A stretch of DNA of 64,000 bases, from positions 695 to 64,694 of the IMG/VR virus record IMGVR_UViG_3300035523_000133; one strand, 5' to 3'. The position numbers were made by a program, and so were the translations under genes. This DNA comes from a virus. Of this stretch, positions 63,335 to 64,000 are shown in pieces. The notes under the pieces are model-generated. The model did not search any database, was not told the DNA's origin, and saw only the letters and a program-made list of their open reading frames with translations. Each line of letters begins with the position of its first letter. Within the stretch, counting starts at the first letter, position 1.

Positions 63335-63759
63335 TCTTTGGCACCCCCTTCCGCTTTGGTCTGACCAGGTTCGACTGAACCGGCAGACCGCTTGGTTGCC
63401 TCCGTTCGCAACTCCCGCATGAACCAGACCTGGGCATACGGGTAAAACCTCCGGAACACGGCGCTAACCGTCTCCAGGGAGACCATCCCTGTCATCTGTG
63501 CCTTCAGGGACGCCAGTTCTGCGGCTACATCCTTGTAGCGGAGTAGGGCAGGAAGGTCGGTGATATCGCCTTCGACCTTCGCCTCAAAGCGGTGTCCGTC
63601 GTATGTCCGCATGATGGCGAGTTGTTCGTCCATCTGCCGGTCGTTGAGCCGGTCGTAAAGAGGGTATTCGTCGTCCGACTGCCGCAGGGCAAACCCGAAC
63701 GCTTCCGGTCTCATCCCTCGGGCGTTCACCTCGGCGATGATTTTCTGCTGCTCTCCCAT
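63331..63759 (-). CDS. Hypothetical protein
   Basis: 142 aa, SD. Confidence 0.6.
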   Translation of the reverse strand: MGEQQKIIAEVNARGMRPEAFGFALRQSDDEYPLYDRLNDRQMDEQLAIMRTYDGHRFEAKVEGDITDLPALLRYKDVAAELASLKAQMTGMVSLETVSAVFRRFYPYAQVWFMRELRTEATKRSAGSVEPGQTKAEGGAKE

Positions 63760-63777
63760 AGCCCTAACCCCTTTCCG

Positions 63778-63999
63778 CTACGCCGTAGCCGCCGGCTTCT
63801 GTGCAAGTTCGTCTCGTAGGTGCGCCTGCAAGATGGGGAACAGTTCCCTGACGAAACTCCGGGCGTCCGGCGGGAAGTCCATGACGGCCAGTTCGTAGCC
63901 GTCTCGCTCACAGAACTCTTGCTGTTCCATGACCCAATGCATCAGGTCGTCAGTAAATAGCACGTCGTCCCAAAGTTCCTTGGCCCGGTCCTTGGTAAC
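63778..63999 (-). CDS. Hypothetical protein, 5'-truncated by window edge
   Basis: Frame open to the end of the window. Confidence 0.5.
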   Translation of the reverse strand, partial: VTKDRAKELWDDVLFTDDLMHWVMEQQEFCERDGYELAVMDFPPDARSFVRELFPILQAHLRDELAQKPAATA

Positions 64000-64000
64000 G

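Noticed and set aside
1-64000. Integrase, att sites, CI repressor, replication initiator, tRNA, rRNA, CRISPR array
   Set aside because: None recognisable; lysogeny and replication modules probably lie outside the window, so a temperate lifestyle is not shown

Overview
The whole window is a segment of a GC-rich (about 60-65% by eye) tailed-phage or prophage genome with an HK97-type head and a siphovirus-type tail. The host is probably a high-GC Bacillota member; this is inferred from strong GGAGG SD sites, SigA-like promoters, copper-amine-oxidase-N domains and DUF2292-like domains. Almost all genes are on the minus strand, so the genome reads right to left. (1) 64-44.6 kb, early/middle genes: SSB, ECF sigma, a second sigma-r4 activator, three DNA methyltransferases, a stand-alone DndC-like sulfurtransferase, HNHs, two Com-like Zn ribbons and structured RNA leaders. 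(2) 38.9-44.6 kb, a plus-strand island of RHH regulators and small genes. (3) 38.6-31.5 kb, antirepressor and pre-packaging genes. (4) Cos-like site, terS/terL, portal, protease, capsid, neck, tail tube, chaperones, tape measure, tail tip and a Kelch protein. (5) A peptidase-rich lysis region ending in a metallophosphoesterase. No integrase, CRISPR, tRNA or rRNA was recognised. The best leads are: an orphan phage DndC; SD-plus-ACG (no ATG/GTG/TTG) starts on both dndC and a methyltransferase; a catalytically degenerate second copy of the terminase nuclease domain; a ~185-nt multibranch RNA just behind a Com-like gene; and an in-frame G-T tail-chaperone fusion plus a separate G paralogue instead of a frameshift. 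All family calls are motif recognition by eye; no searches were run. Several start codons were moved from the ORF track using SD position.
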